A stretch of DNA of 64,000 nt, from positions 116,374,001-116,438,000 of the forward strand of contig OZ024745.1 in assembly GCA_964016885.1 (NCBI GenBank), written 5' to 3'. The notes below the pieces were generated by a model that did no database searches, was not told the DNA's origin, and saw nothing but the letters and a program-made list of their open reading frames with translations. Source of the DNA: Eledone cirrhosa. Its lineage: Eukaryota. This document shows, piece by piece, positions 40,288 to 53,958 of this stretch; positions within the stretch are counted from its first letter, which is position 1; every line of letters starts with the position of its first letter. Made by a program: the position numbers and the translations under genes.

Positions 40288-40732
40288 GTTATGCTTTGGA
40301 AGGGTCATGTTGCCAATAAGAAACACACTTACCAGTTGCTGTCATTCCAATTTATTGTAAATTAAATTTATAAATTTAAGAATTTATAAATTTCCGGTTG
40401 GTTGGTTGGTTCCACAACCGGACGGTTGTTGATATATTGTCAAAGTTCTTTCGTCACACATTCTGTGACCTCTTCGGTGACTGGGGATTCTTTTCTTTGT
40501 TTTTGCGCCTCAAAAACAAAAACAAAGAAAATAATCCCCAGTCACTGAAGAGGTCACAGAATGTGTTACGAAAGAACTTTGACAATATATGAAGAACCGT
40601 CCGGTTGTGGAACCAACCAACCAACCGGAAATTTATAAATTCTTAAATTTATAAATTTACTTTACAATAAATTGGAATGAACTTCTGGTGCGTGTGTTTC
40701 TTATTGGCAACATGGCCCTCCCAAAGCATAAC
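40288..40732. repeat. ~445-bp palindrome with an HHR motif in each arm
   Basis: Arms of ~220 bp around a spacer at ~40505-40511. A partial family copy lies at 58025-58160. Confidence 0.9.
40541..40583 (+). ncRNA. Minimal hammerhead motif (mirror copy at 40439-40481, minus)
   Basis: gtca-CTGAAGA-ggtcacagaatgtgttac-GAAA-gaa-CTT-tgac. Confidence 0.55.
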
Positions 40733-40991
40733 GATATCGGTTTCAACACACGTTTTCAGATAAAGAATCTTGCTAAACAAATTCAGAAACGAAATAATAT
40801 ATATATATATATTGATACCAGACAGTGCTGCTTCAGGTTCTAAGAATTTATGTTCGACTGAACCAGAATAATGGCTGTTTGACATCATATCTCTATCGCT
40901 TCAGCAACGCAGTAACACGAACGACTGAGCGTTATATACGATCCGTACAGGAGATTATTCCGAACAAGTAAATTCGAAGTAGCATTAACAT

Positions 40992-41362
40992 GTGGGTTGG
41001 CAGCATCGGTAGAAGGTCGGACGCCATGCTTTCCAGCATAGAGTTACGTCCCTTTACGGACTGAGTTCAAATCCCGCCGAGGTTAACTTTGCCTTTCATC
41101 CTTACGGAGTCGATAAAATAAAGTACCAGTAATTTACTGGGTAATTGCTGGCCTTGTACCAAAAGTAGAAACAATTATCATATAAAGATGGCGGGGGATT
41201 TGCAGTCGGATGCCATGCTTTGAAGCATAGAGTTACGTCCCTTTATGATCTGAGTTCAAATATCGCCGAGGTTAACTTTGCCTTTCATCCTTACGGGGTC
41301 GATAAAATAAAGTACCAGTAATATACTGAATAAATACTGGCCTAGTGCCAAAAGTAGAAACA
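40992..41362 (+). mobile_element. Two tandem SINE family A copies
   Basis: The second copy (41188-41362) has TSD attatcatataaag at the tail of the first. Confidence 0.9.
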
Positions 41363-42181
41363 ATTATCATATAAAGTATTTCTTTAAATTGCCCATACTT
41401 TTGGGGAGGAACATCATCCTGAAATCAAAATTTAGCTGACCCACCTTAATGTCCAGAAGAAGAATCAGCAAACAAACACATTTCCAGATATGTCAATATA
41501 CAGGCACCAGATATTGTAGTTAAGGACTATAAAGAAAACACAGTGGAAAAATATTTAATCAAAGTTTTAGAACAAAGGTTATCAACCCATTTCGGCCAAA
41601 CGCCTCATTTTGCCCCTCGAAATCACGAAACGCCCCCGTACCCTATTTTTCCATTTTTCAATATACTACTGATTTTGATATCAGTAGATTACTGGACCAA
41701 ATCAAGTTATGTCAGAATCTTTAAACAATTCTTTAAAAAATACTCGTACGAATTAAAGACAAAAAAGTTTCAGTCCAAAACAAAAGCAAACTATTTCAAA
41801 TTATATATTTTTGAAAAAAAAGACGTGAATGTTCTCAAAGATTTGATCTCAGTCGAAAAGGCTTTTTTTTTTTTAATTCTATATTTCACTGTTAGCTGTT
41901 GTAATATTTTTAGTGGATAGACAATTCTACAATTCAAACTGTAAAGTAAAAATACAAAAGATGCAAAATATGAAGAATTTCTTACCTTTCTCTTCAATCA
42001 CAAACTCAAGGGGAAAATAGTACCTTGCAAAATAAAGTACCTCGATCACAAACTTAGTTGCAACGAATGAATTGAGATGCTTAGTGACAGTGAGCAAACA
42101 ATATCTGTATCCCTTATATATATACATAGACAGATACACACACACATACACGCGCACGCGCACACTAACACACACACACAC

Positions 42182-42455
42182 GCACAAGTGAATGGGCCTT
42201 CTCTCTATATCAGCCTGTGGGTGAGAGAGGAGGAGAGGGAGGGAGCACCCACTCTTTGTGCTCCCGAGGAGGAGGGTTGCACATTCTTTTCGGAGGTGTG
42301 TGCGACCCACGTTAACGCGCCCTCCCTATTGATGACTTCGATTGTTGAATTTGATTTGTTATATGTTTTTACACGTCCTTTAAATGTATGTAAACTCCTC
42401 CCCCCTTGTATTTGTCCCAAATTTTTATGCTCTGGTGGCAAATAAATAAAAAGTT
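42182..42455 (+). mobile_element. Probable Tx1-like LINE 3' end/UTR
   Basis: tgaatgggcc...gcctgt matches the ORF end near 26660; ends in aataaataaaaa. Confidence 0.45.
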
Positions 42456-42528
42456 ATCTATCTATCTATCTATCTATCTCCAACGTGGTAGAACCAATAT
42501 TTCAGATTCCATTATAACTGGTGAAAAT

Positions 42529-42737
42529 AAGGCGGTGAGCTGGTGGAATCGTTAGCATATCTGGCGAAATGCTTAGCGGCACTTCTTTCGTTTTTATGTT
42601 CTGAATTCAAATTCCGCCGCTCTCAACTTTGCTTTTCATCCTTTTGGGGTCGATAAAGTACGAGTTGTGAACTGGGATCGATTTAATCGACGGATCCTAA
42701 ACCCTAAATTTCATGCCTTGTGCCTTTAGTAGAAATG
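42529..42737 (+). mobile_element. Older relative of SINE family A
   Basis: 18-bp TSD attataactggtgaaaat; B box gaattcaaattcc. Confidence 0.85.
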
Positions 42738-42879
42738 ATTATAACTGGTGAAAATGATCACCCACAACCACGTTTGACCCAGTGCCTCTCCTCCAGGACA
42801 TAGTGGCCCTTTTATGTCCTTGAGTTTGAGACCTCTCTACTGCATACACACATACACACACACACACATATATATATAC

Positions 42880-43140
42880 ACTTTACTTTTTTTCTGTCTC
42901 CGGACTACGCCCATGCTGGAGCATCACCTTCTTAAGTTATGGGGACGTCAACAAATCAACAATCATTGGTGGGAGGGCAAACACAAACGCAAAGACATAC
43001 AGACATATATACATATATACGACGCGCTTCTTTTAGTTTCGCTCTATCAAATCCACTCACAGGGCTTTGGTAGGCCCGGGCAGTGGGACTAAAACCGGAA
43101 ACATGTGGTTGAGAAGCAAGCTTCTTGTCACACTGCGCAT
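42880..43140 (-). mobile_element. tRNA-related SINE (second family)
   Basis: Reverse strand aagaagcttgcttctcaaccacatgtttccggttttagtcccactg head and a (TAAAG)-like tail. Confidence 0.6.
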
Positions 43141-43361
43141 ATATATGTGTGTGTGTGTTATCAAGTTAACAATGAAAATAAAAAGAACAAGTCAAGTTAC
43201 TTTATAACTTTGTTTTTATTTTGTAGTTTTTATTTTTATTGTTAATTTAATACCTAATATCTGACTCTGTATCTAAAGAATTAATTAAGCGAAACACAGA
43301 ACTTCTCTTTTGATTTTACAAGATTACATTGAGTCTTATCTACGGTACGGCTGAAAAAAGA

Positions 43362-43435
<74 letters not shown>

Positions 43436-43801
43436 TATATACATATATATATATATATATAAATCTACATATATACATACATACATTTACCTATGTATAT
43501 AGCTATTCATTTTTACTCAATTATACATTTGTATATATACATGCATTTATATTTAAGTGTGTAAGGATGTTGACTTGATTTATGTTGGGTTTTCTTTTTT
43601 GGTAAGGATAGAATTTTGACTCCAGATTTTATTACCTAGGGAGATTAAATACCACAGCTCTCGCTGAAAGCTGACCAGGTTCTCAACCTCATCAAACACC
43701 AACGCCGGCCTGTGTGTGTATTTATGTGTGTATGTATGTATGTATGTATGTATGTATGTATGTATGTATGTATGTATGTATGTATGTATGTATGTATGTA
43801 T

Positions 43802-44410
43802 GTCAGGTCACCAGTTGGTGCTACTGGTAACATGTATCCCAGTACAACCTGTCTCATGGGCGGGTCGTTGGCGACTAAACTGGCAACCCCACTAAGGTTT
43901 CTTGGTGAGGAGGATGACTTTGGACATCCTGCAGGACTAAAAACAAAACCTGTCAAAGGGCAAAGGAGCTCTTAAGAGTCAATGGCCATCCAAAATCACC
44001 GGGAGAGATGACCCCTTAGTCTTTGTCAAGGCAGAATTCTAGGAGAAGGAAAACTCTGATATAACACCTGCAACTCTGATGGTATCCAATGATGTTGACA
44101 TGTTCTTCTTTTTGGTAAATATCATCTTGGTTAAGAGAGTGGGACTGGCTTTGTGCAATGCCTTTGCTCACTATAAAAGCTTCACGGCACAGGCATTGCT
44201 TTATATCTGGAGATCTCTCTGCACTTGTCGTCACGTGGTACCATGGGCCCAGCACTATGTTTCAATAATTGTCACAAGTGTAGTGTTTGTACCAGAGTTT
44301 TCAAGTCGCTGGCTGGACTAAGAAGTCACACTCGTTCAGCGCATCGGTAGGAGTTCTCCTACATGGATATAAAGTAGTGGCCGTACTCGAAAACGAGTTG
44401 GCAGCCACCA
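43802..44410 (+). mobile_element. Non-coding element resembling an RTE 5'UTR, between (TATG)n tracts
   Basis: ctaggagaaggaaaactctgat motif; inverted homolog at 57415-57680. Confidence 0.55.
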
Positions 44411-45478
44411 TGTATGTATGTATGTACGTATGCATGTGTGTGTATGATTGTATGCATGTATATGTAGACACCCACACCTTTCATCACCATTGCTTCTTTT
44501 CCTTGTCGTTTCTGTTGTTCTTGTAACTGTTGTAAAAGTTGACGGTGTCTTTATTTTCATTTTCTTTGATTTCTTTCTTTTATCTCCCTAGGGAATTAGT
44601 TGAGAAGCGTCTTTTATTTATTTTCTTCATTTTCTTCATTCAAATGCATTCACACTCTTTGTCTCAGAGACGTACAAATATGGCTTATAAAACTTACCTA
44701 AGTAAATAGCCTAGCACCCCACCAAAGCTTCAAATGCCCTCCTAACATCCCTTTGCCCCCAGTTGAGAACCTTTGTTTTAGAATATAATAACTGGTGTTT
44801 CGAAAATTATATACAATACTCGTTGATAAAAGACCAGGAGCCCATAATAATTACCGATACATACAGCGGACAGGTAATAACATAACTAGGGCCTATGATA
44901 TTTGAATTCTTGATGTAAAAAAACGAAACAAATTTTCTCCGACGTTCTAATGATGCTTCGAATTCACTGAGGAGTAAAACGTATTATGAATATAGAAATC
45001 AACAAGGATATAGCACAACACTAAAACTATGATAAATATATAATAAACTCTATAACTATATTTACTGCGTAGTGAAAAGTAGGAAATCTGATATTGTAGT
45101 ATTCAGGGATTTCATCAATATTTCATATTTAGTTCTTTATGATATCAAGAGAGAAAATGTCGATAGCATTATCTGAAGCAATGGACATCAACTATGCATT
45201 CAATAAATAATTTTTAATATTCCAAGTGCTAATATTTCTATGAATGTTTGTTTTTACTATTGTTTGAAAAATAATAAAAATGGATTGCAACCGAAATTTA
45301 TTGGTGCACATTTCTAAATTCATCCCTTAGTCAATATTCTTTTTACTTTTATCTCTCTTAACAGAGGTCAAGCCTAGGTGAATAGAGAGACAAATTCTTT
45401 TACGTTTTACAAATATGTTTACCTTTTATACACCGACATCTTTATTGTTTGCAGATATTCAAACTCAGTATTAATAAT

Positions 45479-45643
45479 TGTTTCTACATTTGCCAGAAGG
45501 CCAGCAATTACCCTGTACATTACTGGTACTTTTTTTTATCGACTCCGTAAGGATGAAAGGCAAAGTTAACCTCGGCGGGATTTGAACTCAGTCTGTAAAG
45601 CATGGCATCCGACTCTCTATGGATACTGCCAATCCACTACCCT
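45479..45643 (-). mobile_element. SINE family A
   Basis: TSD actcagtattaataat. Confidence 0.9.
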
Positions 45644-48310
45644 ACTCAGTATTAATAATATTAGTCTTACTAGCATCGGAGATCCAATAACTTTCATGAG
45701 GTCAGATCCCTCGTCGTTGCTAAACATATAAACGCGCATTGAAAAGGACATACCGCACTGATTCTTTGGGATTCAATTGATAACATCGTCTTATACATTG
45801 GAAACATCCTTCTAGTTCATAGGAGAAGTAATATTAGACGTTGCTGCTTCGACAAAATTGCACTTATATTGCATCTGGTTCAACTCCAAGTAGTACACCA
45901 CTTTAGCCTAAGGAATTAGATATCTTAAGCTTATTTGTTTGATAAGTGCAGCTTTGCATGGGTTGTTTATAAGTAGACCATCTCACGAATTCAAAATTGC
46001 AGTAGTCCTCGAAGCGTTCTAACCACATATTTGAAACTAAGGTTTCTGAGTAGCGAATTCAAATCCGCAAAGGGAAAGAAAACAAAAGCTCTAAGCACAT
46101 AATACGGTCTGAAACAAGCCAAGGAGGGAACGTCCCTGTGATAGACTGACCTGCTGAAAATAGCAGCCAAATCCGACCCTACCGTCTTTAAAAAGGAAGT
46201 CACTATATGTACAAAAATATATCTAAAAAGATAGGATTGCCATTCTCTAAAACTTTTCATCGTCGGTCTCATCTGACAGGAATGAACCGAAGTTAGGTGA
46301 CAACAAATGATTGCGTAAGAATGAACACATCTATTATAGAACATATTCCTGGTGAGAATTAACGTTAGGAGACAAAAATTGCTCAACATTTGCTATTAAT
46401 TTATTCACATGCCAAGTGAATGTTTTGATCATACATTCGGCTTCCATGTGCTTATTTGTGAAACAAGATTCACAAGTTAATTACTCAGGTACTAACAAGG
46501 CTGAACAAAAAATGTTTGGGGTTGTTCCCGATAGTTCCCGAAATGATTAAAATAGTACTTGTTTGGCAAATGTTCTCCTTTCGTCGAATAAATATGTCTA
46601 TTTGTATTCTTAATATTATGCATCTAATATTTTCACCGGTAATAATTGTCAATTTTCATGCGGATGACATCTGTGTAATTTGATAGCAGCAATTTGTTTT
46701 ATCTGAACAACAGCAATAATTATTTCAGTAAGATTGACGTTTGTTTACAGTTTAGTGGAGTGCATCATTTCGATATTATATTGCTACATCAGGGGTAGAT
46801 AAATCACCAATGCTATATAGAAAGGTAAGGTCCTTTGAAGTCTCTATATATGAAAGTGACTGACAGATTTTGATGAAATCCATATTGTATGAGATCATCA
46901 ACAAATTATAACTTCTTAGACCTAAGTTGACGTCAACCGTTCATTTAGTTACGGGCATGATAGAGGTGCCTATGTTATATTACTATATAACCCAATTAGT
47001 GTTAAATAAAGTTTTCAATTAAAAGTCCAGTTTATATTCATTTTCAACTTCAAATCGCATGATAATAAATGTATGAGTTTGAAATATTGTAAGGCAGAAT
47101 TACCAAGACACAAAAATGTTCAATTCAAATCTTCAATACAAATTTTCAATTAATGGAAAAGTAATAACACAAATTTAATTATGAGAAGTAACTGGTGTAT
47201 GTTATAAAACATATACGAGAATACGTTTGAAATATTTTTCTTATACTGCTTCCAAATCTATTACACAAATCACATTAATACTCATCATACTTCACGTTTT
47301 ACTGTTTTAATGTTGCAGAGGAAGGGTAAGAGGCGTTAATTTCTTCGCATGTCATTGATTCTAAATAATTCCAAAAGCTAATTCTAAATGTAATACTAAA
47401 TTTAATTTAATACTAAATTTCTATTTAAATTAAATGTGAAAACAACAAAGATATTTTGATTTATAAGTAAAAAGTAAATTCCTATTGAAATAATGTTTAT
47501 ACTGACATAACGTCACACATTTAGAGATAATATTAAATGAATACCAATGAATGTTTGATGTTTAAAGTTGTGAAACAAATTAATACTCGTTTCTTTGAAA
47601 GAAATTATTAAACTCCTTTGCATATATTAGCTACCCACTCAATATTCATCATGTGCACAACACAAATAGCAATCCTTTATTTTCAGTCATTTTGTGTTAT
47701 CCACAAATAACTTTAAATTATTTTATGTCTCATATAAGCACGCATACACAAATTTCTGGGAAAGGGCATAGCCAAATGACATAAAACCGTTAAATTTAAT
47801 GCCATCATTTTTGCGTAACTGATGTAGTTACACATTGAGGGACTACGCTAGACGTTTTAGCAGTCAGCAGCTGCATCATGTCTCTGTCATCTACAAGGCA
47901 CCGAAGGAACGCCTAGCGGATTCTGAATCAATTGTGCTCGAACTTCCGTATTCTTTGTTCCTTGTCAGCCGTAAGACTCCAGTTTTCACACCAATATAGA
48001 ATTACAAGGGTAGAATTACAAGGAAATTGGTTTTCTGGGAAAATTAATGGAAATTCATTTCCATATAATGTTCAACTTCAGCATGGGAGAAGAGTTCAGA
48101 CCCATCCCCGTTTTTTTTTTATCTTTTGTCGGGGTGTCGTTTAGTATCAAGTTGAATCTTATGTATTTTAGTTGTCTAATTCTTTTTTCCATTCAGTATG
48201 AATATTGCTACTAGAAACGTAGATTATATACATACACACATACACTCACATACAGACACGCACATGCGCACATATAATACCCCCCCCCATATATATACAT
48301 GAGGTGTACA

Positions 48311-48613
48311 TTGTCCTGTGCATCTACGACATACATAATGTTCCTTTCCTGTGAGTTTACCCGGCTACACGTTATCCCACTATATCTCTTGTGTACCCAA
48401 GAATGAACGATAAACTACAAGTTAGAAAAAAGCTAAAGCTATTAAAAGACTGTTTTCAAATATATGTGGGTTGTTCAGTTCTTTTGATAGATCTACCTTT
48501 TCTCTAACTTGTTCTGATCTTCCTTTCTTATTGGGTACACGAGAGATGTAGCGTGATAACGGGTAGACAAACAGGAAGGGAAGACTGTATGAAAAAGATG
48601 CACAGGAGTAATC
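48311..48613. repeat. Old imperfect ~300-bp foldback
   Basis: tcctgtgcatct/agatgcacagga; tctcttgtgtacccaa/ttgggtacacgagaga; acaagttaga/tctaacttgt. Confidence 0.8.
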
Positions 48614-48649
48614 GAGGGGAAGAGTGCCGGTTATATAAAGCTTTTCAAA

Positions 48650-49275
48650 GGAAGGCTCAATAGAGGTGGTCGCTGGCTTCCGTTATCTAAGTGGCTTTAT
48701 AAGCAGCGGAGGACGGTACCCTGAGAGCATAATAGCTAGAATAAGGATAGCATGGAAGATATTTAGAGAGCAACTCCTAATGTTGACAACAAAAGGTTTC
48801 TCCATATTTAAAAAAGGACGAGTGTATGACGCCTGTTTCGGAAGTGTGATGCTGCATGGTGGTGAAATATGGGCAGGGACTGCAGAAAACATGCGTAGAC
48901 AGGAGAGAAATAAAGCAGCCATGCTTCGTTTGATGTGTAATGTAAATGTGAGACAAACGTAGAGCTTGGATGAAATTAGGAAGAAGCTGGGTTTAAGAGG
49001 AATCTCTGATGGGGTGCAGGGGAGAAAACTGCGATGGTATAGACATGTAATGCATATGGATGATGATCGTTGGGTGAGGAAGTGCCAGGAAATGCCAGTG
49101 GAAGGGAGCTGCAGTAGAGGTAGACAAAGAATGACATGAGCAGATGTGGTGACAGCTAACCTCAAATCATTCAGACTCACAGAGGAGATTAGGAAGAAAT
49201 GCGGCGAATAGACAAATGCTGTGCTGAAATAGACCCGTCTAAGCCATGCAAGCGTAGAAAGACTTATGTAATAAC

Positions 49276-49333
<58 letters not shown>

Positions 49334-49345
49334 ATGATGATGATG
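48650..49345 (+). mobile_element. RTE-clade LINE 3' end with (ATG)n tail
   Basis: EVVAGFRYLSG...ARIRIAWKIFRE...KGRVYDAC..SVMLHGGEIW...LRWYRHV. Confidence 0.9.
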
Positions 49346-50650
49346 ATTTTATATGTGTGTATATGTATATATAAGATGGTTGACTTGCCACTACATATCT
49401 TCTCACTCCGAAACAAACGCTCTTCTCTTTGTATAAATCATTCGATAATGGACTATCGTCCAACATGAAAGCCTACTTCTAACTTCTTAGATAAATTATG
49501 ATATTATATCATTAGTATATGATGGCGTTTCAGAATTGTTTCTAATGTTATATATGTATATATACATATATGTGTGTGTAGGGGGAGTTTTCGTATTTAC
49601 TTACAGTGTTTTGAGTAGGGTACATCTATTTATCTGTTTCCAATCATTGTACAATTCCCTTGAGGGAAAAATAGAAGAAATACAAGACAAACAAATTGCA
49701 TTTTTGTACAACTGAACATTATTTGGCGGCAAATCTGTTAAAAACGACACTTCATTATAACAAAATTATGTTAATATAATTAGCGTATTTTACATAGGAA
49801 GTAAAGGCTTCTTGTAATCTAGGTTAACACGTTATGGATAGTAAATGAATATTCCATTATTGGAGTTTTCATTTCCATTGGGAAGATGTTAGCTGGTGGA
49901 TACACATATTCTATCTTCACAGGAGTGTACTCACTGTAATCATCTGTATGTGCATTGATCATGTAATTATTCTGATCAATGCAAAATAAAATCAGATATT
50001 ATTTCCAATGGAGTTTTACAGCATATTTTTATCTGAAAAGATGAATTGGATTTCAAATTATATAGTGATACATTTCTTTCAAATTTTGCATTTCATCCAT
50101 TTAAGGTCGATGAATTATTACCCGTCTAGTACAAGGGGTTGATTCTCTATCCTTCTCTCGGAGACTTGCTGTGTTCAAACTTAGAGAGGAGATAGACCCC
50201 ACCTTTTTGTTTTTATAAAATGGCCTAGAAACCCCGTATGTCGATTTGGCGCCCCCACAATTCTCTTAGAAGTTATGGGTCCATACAAACATTTGAAATT
50301 ACTTTTATGGAAATTTGATAATAGCTATCACAGAATAAGGTTTATGATTTTCCCACAACCACGAACAAAATGAAATTATTGCAAAAGAGTGGCGAAGATT
50401 TACGATTTTGCGCCGAATAGCTGAATTAATCTTCATTTTGAAATATTTCACCCCAGAGAAATTAGTGCTTATTTTGAGAAAGGCACCATACTTGAGTAAT
50501 GTTACATCCTCTGCACAGTAAATCGTAAATCCTGTGTATATCTAATATATCGTGATTTATTTTTCATCTAACTAAAGACTGTTAAGTAGCAGATACAGTA
50601 CATTATTTATATTTAGTGGAGATGGGTGAGTAGCAAATAGGTAGGGCACT

Positions 50651-50745
50651 GGGATTGCTATCCGGCACTCGGATTGCTATCCGACACTTGGATTGCTAAC
50701 CATCACTCAGATGGCTACCCGGGACTCGGATGGCTATCCATCACT
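50651..50745. repeat. 20-bp minisatellite x5
   Basis: ggattgctatccggcactc variants. Confidence 0.85.
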
Positions 50746-51573
50746 AGTCCCTTTGTTCCACCTATATTCTGAATGCAAACACTCCGATGCTGATTATTAT
50801 TCAACCCCACCGAGACGATAAACTAAATATCTGTTATGTGCCCAGTCCATGCTCCTCTGCATGTCTTTCACATACAAATCTGAAGTCTAGTACCTTTACA
50901 AAAAATGAAGGAGATTCCGCAGTGTAATTCCTGATGACGTGCATTAAAGAATAGGTTTTACATTCGTTTCGAATTGATCCATCTATTTTACGTTCATACC
51001 ACCCTTGTTGTACTTATGTATTCAATCATTTCTCCGTTTCTAACTAAGTCACGAAATCGTGGAAACCAGAGGAGAGGAATTATAGTTTTTTCTGGGATCC
51101 TCCATGCTAGGAAATTCAGAATATTGCTCTATTATTGCTTTCCAGAACCTGTGAAAGAGTGTTTGCTCCTCTGTAAAAGAATTGGTTTGGTGTAACAGAA
51201 ACCAATATAAAAACATATATTAAATATTTATTGAATGAATCATATTTGGAATGGAATATCACAGTCAGCAATATTACAAGTATATAATAAATCAGAATCT
51301 TTTCAGATAACAAGTTCGTTAATCTTGTGTGAAATATATCGAGAAAGCTACATTCCTTAGGCGAATATAACCATGATATCGAGATTATGAATTCTACAAT
51401 ACTATTGTTTAATTCGTTTTTAAATCATAACATAAATTTCATAAGAAATATACTTATTACGCATGACATCTTTGTATTTCAATCACAGAAAGAAGAGAAA
51501 AGTTGATATATGATATATGGTAGTTTTTAAAGTAATTCAAACAACATATAGATTGCGTATATTATAAAACTCA

Positions 51574-51761
51574 GGGCGGTGTATTGGCAATATCGGTAGA
51601 GAGTCGCTCACCATGCTTTGCAGCACAGAGTTACGGCCCTTTATAATCTGAGTTCAAATCCCACCGAGGTTAACTTTGCCTTTCATCCTTACGGGGTCGA
51701 TAAAATAAAGTACCAGTAATGCACTGACATAATTGCTGGCCTTGTGCCAAAAGTAGAAACA
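51574..51761 (+). mobile_element. SINE family A
   Basis: Full-length homolog. Confidence 0.9.
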
Positions 51762-52499
51762 ATTATATCATAGAACTCTGTGTAAAACGGATCTCTGTAA
51801 ATTAAAGCAGGTCTGAAATCTACTTCATCGACAAGGTTTATTCACATTTGATTTTACCGTGGTTTACCAGTTAGTTCTATTGACATTTATTTTTATTGAC
51901 TGAAAACCGTATCGGCTCAAATAGAAATTGAAAATGTAGTTTTCAGTTAAAACTATGTAATGAAGTCTCAATATAATATGTTCGTTACATGTATACAAAA
52001 ATAAGTTCATGTTTGTTGATGAGATTTTGAATTATGTTGAAAGGAACGTGAGTAATTATTGAAGTAGTATGTTGGGTAAAATACCCTATACTATTTCTTT
52101 TTTGACACTTTAAATAGCAAAGTTGTCAATATTTAGGAAGTCGACAATATAGTTATTTAAACAACTATACTAATTACCACAAATGCCTGATATTATATCA
52201 CTATGTTAGAGATAGTTATATTGAAAATAAATTTTGTATTGTGTAGAGTAGCAAAATGCCTAAAATAGTGTTTTTCTTTTTGGTTACGAGAGTTGGTGAG
52301 TATACATTCTTTGAACATTTATGAATCTCTAGCTCAGAAATAAAACAATAACAAAACAAGAGATAGGCAGATGTGTGTGAGCTTGTCCAATCTCCTCATG
52401 GTGAAAGTCATAATATAATAAAGGGAGGAGTGCGGGACTGCGTCCTGAATATATGTTTTTACCCCGTTTGTAAAATAAGTTGGATTACTTTGAATAAAT

Positions 52500-52580
52500 A
52501 ATTGTTTCTACTTTTGGCACAAGGCCAACAATTACCCAGTGCATTACTGGTACTTTATTTTATCGATCCAGTAAGGATAA
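52500..52580 (-). mobile_element. SINE family A, 3' fragment
   Basis: Homologous to the SINE 3' end. Confidence 0.85.
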
Positions 52581-53359
52581 ATGAATATTACATAAGTCAT
52601 GCACTAACTTTTGAAATGCTTGATTAAATATAAATAGTGTTATTGCTTATTTCAAGATTCACTTCTTTTAAAATGTTCAAATGTCAATACTTCTGGTTAT
52701 GATATAATGGACTCTATATTTTATCGCTTATATAAACGTTCATATACCTGCATTGTTATATTATAACATTTATATTTCCATCACTAATTTTCTCCTTTTT
52801 AATTTTCATAACATTTCACCGTAATGCAGTTTATATATAATATCGTATTTTTTAATGTATCATGGATTACGTTATTGATTGCAGAAGACTGTATAACACA
52901 GTCTCTCTTCAATTTCTGTGCATATTGTCAATTACGATTTTATTTGACGTATCATATCTACAAGCATATATATTTGCATATAATATCAATATGCAGACTA
53001 CACATGCTAGCAGAAAACCACCCGAAGGGTGCTTTTCTGCTAGTGCTAATTAATACGTTACTTTGCTGACCAAACGTTGTCTCAACATATCATTTAGATT
53101 TATTCTCTATAATCTACAACATTTACCATACAAATAACCTAGCACATCATGTAATGTAAGTACATCAAGGTTAATGTATCTAATAAAAGTGACACTGTAC
53201 AAACGACGAAGGTTTCATTACCTTTCAGTTTTGTTTTCCATTAATCTCAAGATAACGTTTGGAAAGAGAGTATATTTGAAGATACATGAGTTATTTTCAC
53301 ATCAGTGTTACAAGTACATGTTGCTATTTAATGTTGTAGTTTAATATATTAATTAATGG

Positions 53360-53857
53360 GGCTCAACCCTGAACACCTATTTGATTTCCATTAGTCTAAC
53401 ACTCGAGGGCATGTCTACAAAGTCCGAAAACAGTACAGTTCCCATGACTTTCGGAAACATTCTCTCACGCTCAGAGTTGCTGAAGCATGGAACAAACTAC
53501 CTGCATCAGTTGTTAGCTGTCGGGACACTGCATCCTTTAAAACCTCCATGGAACACACTACCTGCATCAGTTGTTAGATGTCGGGACACCGCATCCTTTA
53601 AAACCTCCATGGAACACACTACCTGCATCAGTTGTTAGCTGCCGGGACACTGCATCCATTAAAACCTCAATGCTTCCTGAAATTCGCCAACACTACACCT
53701 GATATCCCACCTCCATACACACGCACACGTGTATTTCATGACTCATACACTGTTACCTTTCCTGACATTTGTACATTATTCTATGTGCTATACATGCACC
53801 TTTGATGAGTTGTAATGCACCTGAGCACTGTACACAATAATTTCATTATTATTATTA
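53360..53857 (+). mobile_element. CR1/L2-group LINE 3' end with internal 61-bp triplication and (ATT)n tail
   Basis: NTRGHVYKV...FRKHSLTLRVAEAWNKLPASVV; repeats start at 53486, 53547 and 53608. Confidence 0.8.
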
Positions 53858-53958
53858 TGCCGAGGTTAACTTTGCCTTTCATCCTTACGGGGTCGATAAA
53901 ATAAAGTACCAGTAATACACTGGGCTAATTGCTGGCCTTGTGCCAAAAGTAGAAACAA
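53858..53958 (+). mobile_element. 5'-truncated SINE family A in the LINE (ATT)n tail
   Basis: Homology, with ATT flanks. Confidence 0.85.

Noticed and set aside
45700-46450. Possible decayed hAT transposase
   Set aside because: Only vague similarity, with many stops.
47826-47972. Open plus-strand frame ending at gtaaga
   Set aside because: Poor acceptor and no corroborating evidence.
49820-50030. Possible pogo/Tigger DDE remnant on the minus strand
   Set aside because: The similarity is too weak to support.
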